Positions 1 to 13,671 are shown, counted from the stretch's first letter. The stretch is DNA of 64,000 bases from Rhizaria sp. SCN 62-66 (GCA_001724265.1 MEDY01000184.1:1-64000); one strand, 5' to 3'. A program made the numbers and translations. The notes: a model not told the origin generated them from the sequence alone.

Positions 1-83
<83 letters not shown>

Positions 84-85
84 AG

Positions 86-116
<31 letters not shown>

Positions 117-135
117 AGACTGCTGGGGCTGCTGT
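1..135. repeat. (CTG/CAG)n microsatellite encoding polyQ on the minus strand
   Basis: Directly visible trinucleotide run with two AGA interruptions (Ser codons on the coding strand). Confidence 0.95.
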
Positions 136-1244
136 TGGGGCTTGACTGGGGAGACAGTGAGCAGCGAAGCAAAGGCGGCCACAATAGACGAGTCGAGCGT
201 GTTCATCGACAGCGGCGGCTCGTCCCGCGGCCCCGCAGCGCCCGCGGCGGCAGAGCGCGCGTTGACGCCGGAGCGCGGGGCCGTCCCTGGCCGCGGCGGC
301 GTCGCCAACGCGCCAGTAGCGCCAGCGGCACCGGTGCTGGAGGCGGGGGCCGCGGTGGCGGCGACAGCGATCGAGGCGAACGACGACGCCGGCTGCGTGT
401 CGCGCCTGTGGCCGTGGGCAGCCTGGCCGTGACCGTGGGCAGTCTGACTGGCGCCAATGCCAGTGTTGTTGGCCGTGGCGCTGACGGCGGCGCGGCGGGC
501 CTGGGGCGAGCCCAGCTTGCTGGCTGCGGCAGCGGGCGCGGGCGCGACGCTCGCAGGCGCGGCGGAGTCGACGGTGCCTGTGTTTGTGTTGGAGTTAGAG
601 CTGATGTTGTTGCTGTTGTTGTTGTTGGCCGCCGTGGCGGTAGGGTGACGTGCGTGCAGCGAAGCGAGCTGCGTCGCGACGGGAGTGCTGCCGCTCCCAA
701 CGCCAGATGCGCTGGCGCCAGGCAGCGGCGAGTGCTCGCGGCTGCCGTTCTGACTGTGGGCGTGACCGTGAGCCGAGGCGGGGCCACGGGCCGAGCTCAG
801 CGGCGCGAGGCCGGGGAAGAGCGTGCTGCCCTGCTGTTGTTGCTGCTGCTGTGCGCTGTCGGGCGCCGCGGCACCCGCGGGGGTGACGAAGGAGCCGTTG
901 GGCTCTGGGGCGCGGAAGAACAAAGGGAGAACACAATATTGAGTTAAAACAGCAAAAAATAGCGAGAATATAATATTCACTAAAAGAAAGTGTGTACAAA
1001 GAAAGCGTGAATGACGCACCTGACTGGCGCTGGCGGATGCGCGTCTTAAGCAGCTTCAGCGACCCCATCGGCGGGCCCGACGCGGACGTTGACGCGGACG
1101 CCGCGTGGGCACTGTGGACCGAGGCGGTGTCGGCGGCGTTTGTGTTGTTCATGTCGTCCATGTCCGTGGCGGCGGGAGCGGCGCGCGGGCGCGGCGGCAG
1201 CACAACGGGCGGAAGTGGGGGCGGGGGCGGGAGAGGCTTGCTCA

Positions 1245-1286
<42 letters not shown>

Positions 1287-1650
1287 GCTGCGGGGACGCA
1301 GAAAGCAGAGGCGGCGGCGGCGAGAGCGAGCGCGAGCGCGAGGGCGACCGGGACCGGGACCGGGCGCGAGTGCTAGAGCGGGCGCTGGCGCGGGCGCTGT
1401 TGCTGGAGTTGGCCGGGGGCTGAGCCTGGGGCGGGGGAGGCTTGTGTCTCGGCAGCCGCGGAGGGGAGACCGAGAGAGGGCCGGTGGCGGCAGCAGGGAC
1501 GGTGAGCGAGGCGGAGACTGCAGAGGCCGAGGCCGAGGCCGAGGCGGAGGTTGAGGCGGAGGAGGCGGAGGGAAGGGGCTGCGACCAGCGCGACAGCGAC
1601 TGGCTGGGGCGCGAAGGGGAGAGCGCGGGAAGCGTGGTCGGAAAGCGAAT
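1..1650 (-). CDS. Low-complexity Ser/Ala/Pro/Gln-rich protein, partial (runs off left edge; start not resolved); exons ~1650-1020 and 904-<1
   Basis: Intron 1019-905 (GTGCGT...CCCCAG, phase 1) joins ...KTRIRQRQS to EPNGSFVTP...; the frame stays open to the window edge and ends in polyQ. The 5' boundary is probably the acceptor CTAG near 1651-1654. Confidence 0.7.
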
Positions 1651-2400
1651 CTAGTCGACAGAAACCGACAAGATTCTGCGTCCGTCGAGGCAATGAAAGC
1701 AAGGAATGGATGAGACAGGGACAGAGAAAAGGCAGAGGAAGTGTTCAAAATGTGTCCGTTAGCAAATAGCATTGGGAAAGCAGGGATTAGCAGTGAAGTG
1801 TGACGTCCAGAGAAAAAATGATGGAGCGCAGGAATTAAACAAGATGCAAAGGTTGTTGCAGCGCCAAGAATAAGCAAAAACAAATGAGTGCATATTGCGC
1901 ATCAGAGTGGGGCAGAGTGGCACGAGCGTGAACAATAACGTCTGGAACAGCTCAAAAAAATCATGGCAAATGAGCGTCAATACAACAGCCTGCGGACAAA
2001 AGGAAAATACATAGCTTATATCACATCAAAGAAATGTCACACCTTAAATTTCACGGCAAAATTATGTCGGTGGGAAGTAGTACAACCCGGGAAAGTGGCA
2101 ACCGCCCTGTCCTCCCACAGTCGCTGTGGCAAGTTGTGGTGCTCTACTGTGCTCACAGTCACAGCCCCGCCACTTGACTTTCAACATTGCATAGACTGAC
2201 TATTCAATCGTCACTTAAAAACTGCGTTGTTCGACGCATTTTAGAGCTTCTAATTAACCTTTTTTTCTTTTTATTCACCGCGTGCTTGTTGTTCAGCCCG
2301 TTTCCCAGCCACCTGCCGTACCGGTCCGCACCCTTGCCCTCCGACACCACCACCGTCCCCGCGTTCCCGCGCCCGTCCCCGCGGCTTCCTCCCAGCGCTC

Positions 2401-5400
2401 ATGGGTGTCCCCTCCTTCTACCGCTGGCTATGCAAGAAGTACCCGCGCGTCCCCATCGACGCTAAAGAGGTTGTCCCGCTCGTCGTCGACGGGCTGGAGC
2501 ACCCCGTCGACCTGACCGCGCCCAACCCCAACGGGTTCGAAATCGATAACCTGTACCTCGACATGAACGGCATCATCCACCCCTGCTGCCACCCCGAGGG
2601 CTCGGAGGCGCCCCCGACCGAGGAGGCCATGATCACCAAGATCTTCGCGTACATCGACCGCATCTTCGCCATCGTGCGCCCGCGCAAGGTGCTCTACATG
2701 GCCATCGACGGCGTCGCGCCGCGCGCCAAGATGAACCAGCAACGCCAGCGCCGTTTCCGCGCCGCGCAGGAGCGCATGGAGCAGGAGGAGGTTGAGCGGA
2801 CGCTGCGCGAGAAGTTCATTGCTGCCGGCAAGCCCGTCCCGCCGCCGAAGCCGCCGGTGTGGGACTCGAACGTCATCACGCCCGGCACGCCCTTCATGGC
2901 CAAGCTCTCGCGCGCTCTTCACCACTACGTCGCCGACCGCATCGCGCACGTGCCCGCCTGGCAGGGGCTCAAGGTCATCTTCTCGGACGCGCGCGTGCCC
3001 GGTGAAGGCGAGCACAAGATCATGGCCTTCGTGCGGAACCAGCGCTCGCAGCCCGGGTACAACCCCAACACGCGTCACTGCCTCTACGGCATGGACGCCG
3101 ACCTGATCATGCTCGCCCTGTCGTCGCACGACCCGTACTTCTACATCATCCGCGAGGTTGTGCTCGAACAGCACGAGCGTAAGTGCTTCATTTGCGGCCA
3201 GACGGGGCACACGGCCGGCGAGTGCCGTGGCCGCACAGACGCCAACGGCGCCGCGCTGGCCGACGCCTACGCCACGCACGGGCCCGACGCCGCGGCCGCA
3301 ACCGAGGCCGTGACCGAGGCCATCAACGCCGCGCGCGCGGCGAACCCCCAGCAGCAGACTGGGGGCGTGACGGTCGCGATCAAGAAGGACGGCAACCAGC
3401 GGCCGTACCAGTTCCTGCAGATCGCGATTCTGCGCGAATACCTGGAATTTGACCTCCGCGTCCCCGGGTTGCCGTGGTGGTCGCTCGAGCGCGCCATCGA
3501 CGACTGGATCTTCCTCTGTTTCTTCGTCGGCAACGACTTCCTCCCGCACATGCCGTCGCTAGAGATCCGCGAGGGCGCCGTGGACATCCTGGTCCAGCTC
3601 CACCGCCGCCTGCTGCCCTCACTGGGCGACTTCCTGACGCACCGCGGCAAGGTCGACTTCACGCGCGTCGACGTGGTGCTCTCGCAGCTGGGCGCGTACG
3701 AGGACGCCATCCTCCAGCGCCGCCGCCGCATGGAGATGTCGCAGGAGGCGGCCCGCAAGCGCCGCGAGGCCGACGCGGGCGTCGCGGGCGTCGACCGGCG
3801 CAGCCTCACCTTCGCAGCCCCGGGCGCGGGCGGCAGCGCGCACAGCGAGAGCGGCGAGGGCGGCGTCAACCGCGAGGCGTCGCTGCGCGCGCAGGCCGAG
3901 GGCCGGCTCGGCAACGCGCTGGCGGCGCAGCAGGCGGGCGGCACAGGCGGCGCCGCGGTGCGCGCGGAGGGCAACGATCTCGCACTGCGGGCCCGCGCCG
4001 GCGGCGACGACGCGCTGCTCAGCTTCAACAAGAAGCCCGCCACCGCCGCGGCCGCCGCCACTAGTTGCAACCCCGCGTCGAGCAACAGTGTGGACGCGGC
4101 GGCGGCCAATGCGGCGGCGGCCAAGGCGCTGCGCAAGAGCCTCAAGAAGGGCTCCGCTGCGACTGCGAAGACTGAGGACGACGCTCCTGCCAACGAGGTC
4201 CCTGCCACTGATGAGACTAAGGCTGAGGCTGAGGCTGAGGAAGCCGTCGGTCAGAGAAAGCGCACCCGCACGGACGTTGCCGACGTCGACGCGGGCGCGG
4301 GCGCGGGCGCGGGCGCGGACGAGGAGGTGAGTCTGCTGGACGTGGACGCTGTGGCCGCGCTCGACGACAGCGACGACGCCGACAGCACCACGAGCGTGAC
4401 CCACGGCGCGGATATCGCGGCCGCGGCCGCGGGTGACTCTGACCTCGACGACGAAGAGGAAGAGGAGAAGGAGAAGGACACCGAGGACGCCGCCGCTGTC
4501 AAGGGCAAGGAGAAGAAGAAGCCTAAGAAGGCCAAGAAGCCCAAGGCCGGTTCTGCCGCCGCGCCTGCCGTCGCTGGTGCGGGCAAGGAGGCGGACAAGG
4601 AGAGCGCGCCGCAGTTCGCGAAGACGCTCGCGGCGCTAGTCAAGGACATGGGCCTGGGCGATGGCAGCGCCGACACGACGCAGCTGGGCGTGGCGGGTTA
4701 CCGCGACCGGTACTACCGGCAGAAGATGGGGCTTGACCGCAACAACGCCAAGCACGCGGGCTCGCTCGCCACCATGTTCCACTCCTACGCAGAGGGACTC
4801 GCCTGGGTCTTCGAGTACTACTTCGAGGTACGACGACATATCTCTTGTAAAACAAAATGAAATTATCGTATTTATTTGAATAATTTGTATTTGTATTTGT
4901 TTTCAAATTTTTATTGTTATGCTCACAAATCTGATTCCCAAATCTATCTTTTCGCAAACATCGCTATCGCACCCTCCCTCAGGGCTGCGCGTCGTGGTCG
5001 TGGTACTACCCCTACCACTACGCGCCGCTCGCGGGCGACCTGCGCGACCTGGACTCGAAGCCCGTGGCGCTTGACCGCGCCTCGACCCCATTCCGCCCCT
5101 TCGAGCAGCTGCTGTCTGTCTTCCCAGCGGCCTCGGCGCACGCGCTGCCCAGCGCGATGGCCAAGCTCATGGTCGAGCCTGACTCGCCGCTCGCCGATTT
5201 CTACCCCCAATCTTTCGGGCTCGACCTCAACGGCAAGCGCTATCTGTGGCAGGGCGTGGTGCTGCTGCCATTCATCGACGAGCACCGCCTGCTCCGGTGC
5301 GCGAAGCAGACCGAGTCCACGCTCACCGACGAGGAGAAGGAGCGCAACTCGCACGGTTGCGAATACGTCTTCTTCTCCGCGCGCCACCCCATGCGCAACG

Positions 5401-6997
5401 CCGCCGCCAAGCTTGACTCGCGGCTCGTTGCAAACAACGTAGCCGCGCCAGTCACCGCCGCGCAGGTACGCACGAGTTCTCACCGATATCTGCATTTTGT
5501 GTGATTTGTTTGAATGTTTCCAGTTTTCTTATTTTACGTTATATCCGTGTTTTCTCAACACTCACATCTATGCTCTCAAATCTCTGTTTTGTACATCACC
5601 TCACTCAACAGGAGCGCGAGCTGTCCCACGACAAGCGCGCGTGCGCGGAGCTGAACCCCGTCGACTCTGACGGGCTCTTCGGCTCCATCTCCCCAATGAT
5701 CGACGCCCTCACGCCGGGCGTGCCGCGCGCGCCGCCGGCGCCCTTCGCGGATCTGCTGGAACCCGTGGCGGACCCGGTGGCGTACTCGGCCGTGTATACG
5801 ATGCCGCCGTCGCGCCCGCACGTTTCGGAGCTGCTTGAGGGGCTGGTGCCGCCGGAGCCGGTGTTGTCGGAGCTCGACTTCGCAGAGAACGACCGCCGCC
5901 GGAAGGACTTCCGCGAGGTCTCGCTGCAGCAGCTAGACAACATGCTCGCCGACGCCGGCGCGCGCCACGACCGCAACGGCGGCGGCCACGGCCGCTTCAA
6001 CGGGAACAATAGCAGCAGCAACGGCGGCGGCGGCGGCAACGGTGGCCCGCAGTACCCGCGGCCGCCGGTGTCCGGGACGGCCGCGTGGGCCGCCGCCTCG
6101 GCTGAGTTCGGCTCGTCGTACCACGTGCAGGCGCAGCTCTTCGCGGAGAACCGCGAGCGCGAGCTCCTGGCCGGCGGGCGCAAGACCACGTTCGACCACC
6201 TGGGCCGCCCGCTGCCACCCCACCAGCACCCAGGCCAAGGCCAGCCCGGCGGCGGCCAGTACCAGGGACAGGGCTACGGCCAGCAGGGCCAGGGAGGGCA
6301 GTTTGTGCACGGCCGGCCCCCTACCAGCGGCGGCGGCGGCGGCGGCTACCCTGGTCCGCAGCAGGGCCAAGGCGCCGGCGGCCGCATTCAGGCCGCTCTG
6401 CAGCAGCAGCAGCAGCAGCAGCAGATGCAGCAGCAGCGCTACCCCAGTCAGGGCGGCGGCTACGGCGGCCGTGGCCAGGGTCAGGGCCAGGGCTATCCTA
6501 GTCAGCAGGGTAGCTATGTCAGCCACCCCTTCAACGGCCACAGCCTCGGGCAACAGCAGCAGCAGCAGTACGGCCGCCCCCCTCAGGGCTACGGCCAGCA
6601 GCAAGGCTACCCCCCGTCTCAGCAGCAGCAGCAGCCTCAGGGCCAGGGTCAGTATCAGCGCCCGCCCGGCCCCGCCCAGGGCTATCCTCCGCAGCAACAG
6701 CACTACGGCGCCGCTCCGGGCGGCTACGCGCCCCCGCCCAGCGCTGCCCACGGTCACCCCCCTGCCCACGGTCACTACGGCGGCTACGGGCAGCCGCCGC
6801 ACGGCCAGGGCTACGGCTTCCAGCCCTCCGGCCGCGGCGGCTACAACAGCAACCAGCAGCAGCAGCAGCAGTACGGCCAGCAGCCGCAGCAGCAGCAGCA
6901 GCAGCAAGGAGGCTTTTTCGCGCCCCTTCCCGGCGGCCGCCCCGGCGGCGCCCCTGGCGGCGCGGGCGCGGGCGGCAACCGCTTCAGCTTCAAGTAA
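2401..6997 (+). CDS. XRN2: 5'-3' exoribonuclease 2 (Rat1/XRN2); exons 2401-4827, 4983-5465, 5612-6997
   Basis: MGVPSFYRWL, DNLYLDMNGIIH, AIDGVAPRAKMNQQR, PGEGEHKIM, GNDFLPH and a CCHC knuckle (CFICGQTGHTAGEC). Splicing restores GCASWSWYYPYHYAP and WQGVVLLPFID. Both GT-AG introns are phase 0; TAA stop. Confidence 0.95.
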
Positions 6998-7658
6998 GCG
7001 ACGCTGTTGTGCGGGCTCGAAGCACGCTTGGTGATCTTTGATACTCTTGCTCCTGTTACTGTTCTGCTTGTGCAGTTCTAGATCATTGGACTAAACTTGA
7101 CTTTCACGTTTTGTAAGTTAAACTGTAATTATTGCCTTTGCTTTTCTTTTGTATGTTTTTATATTAAACAAAATTCTGTTAGTTTCTTCCAATTTATTGA
7201 CATACCTTCCGCAATTGCATCAGCCATTTCATTGACCACTAATACAATATATGCATTTGCACAGATCCCCCGTCAATCTCCTGCTCGAGGCGGGCCTTTT
7301 CAGCGAAAAGAGCGGCGAGCTGTTCGTCGAAGCGCGCCTTTGCGGCACTTGCCAGGTCTCCGTCGACGCAGCTCCAATAGAATGCATGTAAAATTGTATG
7401 AGTATGTCAAAAAGAAAACAGGCACGGAAGCAAATGTGCTTGTGTAAGCCGAAAAATACCTCTTGAAAATCAGCGACATAATGGAAACAATCCTTCAAGT
7501 GAGTAAACATTATCATAATTCAACTTGGAAACAGTCACTCAATAGTTTGTATTGGCGATGGCCATCGAATGTAAATCTGTTTAAATAAAGCACTAACGAC
7601 GACCCACATGCAACGTCCTCACGTCGCCACAGCCCGCCCTTCGGCTCTTCGCAGCACT

Positions 7659-9521
7659 TCACTGCACCGCTGAAGCATCCGCGGCAGCGGCAGCGGCGGC
7701 GGCCTCGGTGGCCTCGGCGGCGGCTGCGGCGGCGGTAGCGGCGGTGCGGCTGCCGACGAACATGACCATGTTTGTGTAGTCCTCGAGCAGCGGGTTGAAG
7801 CCGTTGCGCGTCTCGGTCTTGCCCACCTCAGCAAAGCCCAGCATGAAGCGCGCGTTGCCGACCACGGCGGCCGTGTCCACCACAGCGCGCATCCCGCGCG
7901 TACTCGCGGGACCCGCGGTGGCGCCGCTCGACGTGACCGTGAGCGCGGGGTCGGCGGCGATGGCTGAGGGGTCGACCGAGGGCATCTTGGTCTGCCGCGC
8001 CCCAGCCACGACCTCCTCGTCCACGGTCAGTCCCGTCAGCGTCTCTGTTGGCAATGGCACCGTCCCAGCGGCGGCATCGGGGAACATGATTGACTTGTAG
8101 GCGAACTTCAAGAACTTGAAATCCGTGGGGAAGAAGATGTCGCAAGAGCCTGCCGTGGCGAGGTACGAGTCCTCGTCGACGGTTTCGCCGCGGTCCACCG
8201 CCGCGTCAGCCTTGCGCGCAACGACTGGCGCAAGCAGCCCGGGGCGGCGCTCGGTCGACGGCAGCTGGTCGAAGTCGGCCAGGATCAACGTGTGCGAGGG
8301 GAAGTTGGCGCGGACGGCGCGCAGCAGGCGCACGGCGTCGGTGGGCAGATACACGACGTCGCGCACCTGCCGCTTGCGCGCGCGTGCGAGTGACCACTTA
8401 ACGAAGATGCGTCCCCACCATGGCACGGAGCCGCCCGCCGTGGCGTCAGACTCGGTCGCCGCCGTCTCGCCCGCCGCCGCGCGCGCCGCCTGGTAGCGCT
8501 CCCACAGCCCGAGGGTGTCGCGCACGGCCGCGTCCGACACGGGGGCGGCCACCTCGACCCAGTCGCGTGGCTGTGCGCTCGTGTTGAGCAGCGGCTTGAC
8601 TTCGCGCGGGGTCGGGTCCGCGGCGGGATCGTAGAGCACGCGCGGCACGACCGTGACCTGGTGGCCCAGCGCAACCTTGTCGTGCGGCAGGTTGTCCAGC
8701 ACCTCGAGACCGATGACGAAGGTGTGCTCCCGCTCCCGCTGCGCGGCGGCCAGCTCGGCCGGCGGGCGGCGCCAGTCGATGGCGTTGGCGCGGTGGATCC
8801 TGACGTGGTCGCCGTGCACGGCCAGCAGGTCGCGCTGCTGCGCGCACAGCGACTCGCTGATCTCCAGTACCGTGTAGCGGCACGTCTTGTACACCGCGGG
8901 GTAGTAGGCCTGCAGGTGGTCGAGGATGTTGAGCGCGCAAGTGCCGTTGCCGGCGCCCATCTCGACGATGCGCAGCGGAAACAGCGGCTCCGCGCGATCG
9001 CGACGCAGCAGCGGCGTGCCCAGCCGCAGGTGGTGCGGCATCGGCGTGTCGAGCCCGTACGGCGCGGCCGAGGGCGCCTGCTGGAACTGCTTGGTGACGA
9101 AAGCGGCGTCGTTGACCGAGGGCGTGAGGTGGGACAGGATGAAGCGCAGGATGGCCTGCGCGTAGTAGGGCTGGAAGATCTCCACGGGCGTCGACCAGCC
9201 CTGCACGCCGGCGTAGTAGAGCTCCTGCAGCCGCGTCTCGTACTCGGCGCGGCCCAGCAGCGTCTTGAAGTTGATCACGCCGGGCGAGTTGATGACGCGC
9301 GACGAGTTGAAGTATCCCGTCTTGGGCGCGTACAGCGAGTCGCGGATCCAGTCACGCACCAGCTGGCCCTGCGCGCCAGACGTCGACGGCGTCGACGTAA
9401 TCGGGGACGCCGGTGCAGACGTTGAGGATGCAGACGCCAGGGGAAGCGAGGCGACTGCGGCCGACGTGACACGGCTGGCGCTCTTACTCAAGCCCGCGAG
9501 ACGCGACGCGCGAGAAAGCAT
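7659..9521 (-). CDS. NDUFAF7/MidA (DUF185)-like SAM-dependent methyltransferase, probably mitochondrial
   Basis: Arg/Ser/Ala-rich N-terminal presequence; VRDWIRDSLYAPKTGYF, IVEMGAGNGT (SAM motif I), LEVLDNLPHD, GSCDIFFPTDF; intronless; TGA stop. Confidence 0.85.
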   Translation of the reverse strand: MLSRASRLAGLSKSASRVTSAAVASLPLASASSTSAPASPITSTPSTSGAQGQLVRDWIRDSLYAPKTGYFNSSRVINSPGVINFKTLLGRAEYETRLQELYYAGVQGWSTPVEIFQPYYAQAILRFILSHLTPSVNDAAFVTKQFQQAPSAAPYGLDTPMPHHLRLGTPLLRRDRAEPLFPLRIVEMGAGNGTCALNILDHLQAYYPAVYKTCRYTVLEISESLCAQQRDLLAVHGDHVRIHRANAIDWRRPPAELAAAQREREHTFVIGLEVLDNLPHDKVALGHQVTVVPRVLYDPAADPTPREVKPLLNTSAQPRDWVEVAAPVSDAAVRDTLGLWERYQAARAAAGETAATESDATAGGSVPWWGRIFVKWSLARARKRQVRDVVYLPTDAVRLLRAVRANFPSHTLILADFDQLPSTERRPGLLAPVVARKADAAVDRGETVDEDSYLATAGSCDIFFPTDFKFLKFAYKSIMFPDAAAGTVPLPTETLTGLTVDEEVVAGARQTKMPSVDPSAIAADPALTVTSSGATAGPASTRGMRAVVDTAAVVGNARFMLGFAEVGKTETRNGFNPLLEDYTNMVMFVGSRTAATAAAAAAEATEAAAAAAAADASAVQ

Positions 9522-9926
9522 CCAAGGCCTTTCTTTAATAGCAAAATAATACAAATTATAGTACGTTTAGTCACTCTTATTTCATCCCAAGTTGCTCTTA
9601 TCTCTATCAACGGAAAATGGATTGAGTTATTCAACATTAAAATGTGTGCTCTTTGCCCATCTCGCTTGCCGTGGCTCGCAGCGTTCGCCCTCTCGCGCGC
9701 TCCTCGTGTTTGAAAAGTTGTCGTCAAAATCGACTGAATAGCAGCGTCCAACTTCCGTTAAATCAAATATCGCTGTTATATTGGCCTGCCAACTTACTTT
9801 TTTACTCCCTTTCAAATTATTGCTCTCTATAGACTTCACCTTCTTCTCCACAAAGACCTCGAATCTCGCCCCCTTCCATCCAGCTTCACAGCGCGTCGCG
9901 TCCCGCCCGCCCCGCTCCCCGGCCGC

Positions 9927-12900
9927 ATGGCGCACCCTTCCGCCGGCATCCCGGCGTTTCCCCCACGTACAGAACAGGGCCCGTACCCGTCAGGCTCTTT
10001 TGCGGGTCCCGCGCCCCCGCTCGGCTCCGTCCCCGGTTCCGCAGCAGCCGCGCCCACCTCATCCTCATCCTCCTCGTCGTCGTCGCACGCTGCGGCGATG
10101 CAGAACGCGGCCGACGCGGATCGCGAGCGGCAGCAGGCACTGGTGCAGTCGCTGTACGACGGCGGCGTGGCTGGCGGCGTGGACTCTGCGTTCAAGCGCG
10201 TGACCGAGGCGGAGCTGCTGGCGGCTGATGGCAACCGCAACCCAACGCCCGTGCTCTACTTCAGCGACGACGACATCGCGCGCCTCCGCATCAAGGTCAC
10301 GCTGCAGGAGCAGAACGAGGCAGACCTGATGGTGTCGAAGCCCAAGACGGCCAAGGCGGCGCTGCTGATGCTCAAGGAGCAGCGCGAGAAGGCGCGCGTG
10401 CTGGCCGAGCTCCAGGTCCTCCGCGCGGAGCAGGAGGCGCGCTTCCGCGAGCAGTCGGCGGCCAACCGCGCCGCGCTGGCCGCCGCCGCTGCGGGGGGCG
10501 ACCCGCACGCCGCGGGCGCGGGCGGCGGCGCGCACGGCCGCCTCGAGAGCGAGCTGCGGGCGCTCGAGGCGCGCAGCGCGGCGCTGGCCGCGGGGCTCCA
10601 CCAGACCTCTCCCACCTCCTCCTCTCTGCTGAGCAACAACGGGGGCGGGAACAGTATCGAGTCGCTACCGGGGCTGTCTCTGACGGAGGCGTCGGCGTTT
10701 CCGCTCTTCAGCGCGTCGGTGGGCTGGCAGGAGAAGGTCTACTCGCCGCGCGAGCTGCTCTACTACGCACTCACCGCCCGCGACCCCGCGGGTCCCACGG
10801 GCTCCAGGGAGGACGGTCTCGCCGCGCAGCAGGGGCAGGAAGTCCGCACGCTGCTCGCCGCCTTTGCCGCCGGCGCCGCGGCCGCCGCCTCGGCCTCCTC
10901 AGACCCTACCTCCTCCGCGGCAGCGGCAGCGGCTGCAGCGGCGGCGGCGGCGAGTGCGAGTGCTGTCAGTGGCGCAAGCCAGTTCAGCCACCCCGACGCG
11001 CTGGTGTCGGCCGCCAAGGCCGTCATCGCGGGCTTCGGCGGCGTGCGCATCTGCACGCGCGTTGACGCTGAGGGCTTCCAGGACTTCCGCGCGCTCCGGC
11101 CCCTCACAAACTCCTCCGACCAGGTGCGTCTTCAAGCCCAACCAGGATGATGCAAGCCAGCAGAACATTTAAACATTGCTGACGCTTCACAGTAGCGCTT
11201 GATTGATTTGAACGTTTGATTGTGACTTTATTAAATGTAACGCACACAGATATTACCCTTTTATAGAAAATCCCCCCTCATATATCACTATATCTTTTGT
11301 TCAACGTAAACTGTGTCCCACCTTCCTGCAGGCGCTCAACACGGTGGCCTCCCGCGTCGCGGGCGCGGCTGCGCGCTACGCGGGACCTGGCGACGCGCAC
11401 CCGAACTCAAACGCGGCGCACGCGGCGGCCAGCTCGAGCGCGCACGGCTCCGACGGGTTGACGGCCGACGTTGTCGTGGCCTCCGGCCGCGGCGAGCGCG
11501 GCGGCGCCGAGCCCTTCGTGCTGTTCCACGTCGTCGCGCACGTGGACAGCGACGCAGCTGCGGTCGCCGCGTGCGGGTCCTCGCAGGCGGCGGGGCAGCT
11601 GGGCCACGAGCACGTGCTGTGCCGCGTCCGCGCCTTCCGCAACGGCACCTTCGACCTGCTGCCGGGCTTCAGCGCGCCGCTCTCGGCCACGGGCCACTTC
11701 GACAGCGAGCAGTGGCACGTCTTCCGCTCGCCCGGGAACCGCTTCTACCGCTACCGCGTTGAGCTGGACTCGGTGCCCGCGTCGGCGCGCGCGCTGCGCG
11801 AGACTGAGGCGCGCCTCATGCAGCTGCTCGACGACGCGCGCCGCGCCGCGCTCCGCGGCGAGCGGCCCCCGCTCACCCTCGCCGCCGCCACGGCCGCCGG
11901 CCCCAACGGCGGCAGTGGGGCCGACACTGCGCGCTCGCAGCGCGGTAACGTTGCGGTGAGCGAGGAGGAGAAGGCTGTGCAGGCCGTGGTGGCGCGGCTG
12001 GCGTACCTCAAGGCGCAGCGCGCGGCGCAGGTGCGCGCGGCGCAGGCGCGGACCGCCGAGGCGCGGGCGCGCGTGCGACGCGCGGGCGAGGCAGGCGCGG
12101 GCGATGCGCCGCCGCCGGGCGTAGTGGGCTACACGCTGCTGGGCGAGATTGCCAGCGCGCGCGGCTTCGAGCAGGACAAGCTCTACATCGAGTACCACCT
12201 TGTGCTGCCCGAGCGCGCGTGGCGCTGGGCGCCCGGCGACACAATGCGGCGCGAGAGCGCGGTCACGCACACGGCGCGCGGATACTTTGGGCCCGCGCTG
12301 ACGACGGCTCCCGCGGCCGTGCAGAGCGACAGTAACCCGCGACCGGGTCACACCGCCGCCGCGGCCCCCGCGCGCTTCGCGACGGCCGAGTCCATCCCGG
12401 TCAACGCGGCGGGGCTGCTGCTGGATCCGGACTACGCGCCGGGCGCCGACGGCGAGGCGCCCGGTTACGATGTGGGCGCCGCCGAGGGTGACTACAGCGA
12501 CCAGCACCTGTGGCAGACGGGCTTCCTGTGCTGCAACGGGCGCCGCGAAAGCGTTAAGGTGCACCACTTCGGCCACCCCATCGAGGCTCAGCTCGCGCAC
12601 CGGTTTGCGCCCCGCCGCCCCCGCGGCAATAATCCCAACAACAACGGTCAGAACAGCAAGAGGGGCAGTGGCGTGACGGTGAGCTTCGCGCCGTTCGCGC
12701 TGACCGGCTCGCTGCCTCGGCTCATCGTGTCGGTGTACTCGGTGGACTGGATGCAGCGGCACGCGCTCGTCGGCCACGGCTTCGCGCACCTGCCCGCGCG
12801 CCCCGGCTCGCACAGCGTCACCATCTCCACCTGGCGGCCCGTCGGCACGCTCTGGGAGGAGGTTCGGCGCTTCTTCCTGGGCGGCGGCGCGCGGCTGTAC

Positions 12901-13671
12901 GACCCCGTGCTGGCCTCATACCCGGCGTGGGAGGACGCCGAGGCGTTGGGGATGACGCACCATGCGGGCGGCTGGCAGGATGGCCGCGAGGGCGCGCGCC
13001 CGCGGACCGCGCGCCACCACGGCTGGACTGACGACGCGGACTGGGACGTGGGCATCGTCGACGACGCCGGCTCCGACTCGGCCTCTGAGAGCGACGAGGA
13101 CGGGCCCGGCGGCGGCAGTGCGAGCGACCAGCAGACGCTGCGGCTGCGGCGGCGCGCGCTGGGCAAGGCCAAGGGCGAGACCGTCGTTACCGGCGCTGCG
13201 CACGACACTGGCGACGACATCGACGACAAGGACAGCAAGGACAACGACAAGGAGCCTCTGCTGGGCCGGCCCGACGCGCGGCACCGCCGCACGCGCGCGC
13301 CCACGGCGGCCCAGCGCGCGCGGCGCGCGGGCGAGGGCTTTGCGGCGCAGGGCGTACGGCCGGGCCACGGCGCAGGGCTCTTCTTCAACCGCTACGGGCT
13401 CTTCTCCGAGCCCGCGGGCGACGTGCAGCTGCGCCTTAACGTCGTGTGCGCACTGCCCGCGCCGCCCGCAGCACTGGCCGCCGCCGTGGCCGCCGGCGAG
13501 GACCCGCTCGGCGTGGGGCTCGGCGGCGCCGTGTCGGCCGCTGAGGCAGCGCTGGGGCTCGCCGCCGAGGACGTGCTGCCCGTCGGCACGCTCTTCGGCG
13601 GCGGGGACGTGCTCCGCGGCGAGGACCCGTATGCCGCCGCCTTTAGGCACGCCACCACCAAGTCGCTGTAA
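9927..13671 (+). CDS. MKS1: Meckel syndrome 1-like B9/C2-domain ciliary transition-zone protein; exons 9927-11123, 11332-13671
   Basis: N-terminal LRIKVTL and GWQEKVYS motifs; B9 domain GEIASARGFEQDKLYIEYHLVLP...VYSVDWMQRHALVGHGFAHLPARPGSHSVTISTWRP...RRFFLGG; phase-0 intron GTGCGT...CTGCAG; TAA stop. Confidence 0.85.

Noticed and set aside
1651-1653. In-frame TAG at the 5' end of the leftmost gene as a seventh recoded codon
   Set aside because: It follows pyrimidine-rich DNA, and the upstream frame reaches TAA without an ATG; it is better explained as a 3' splice acceptor, so it was not counted.
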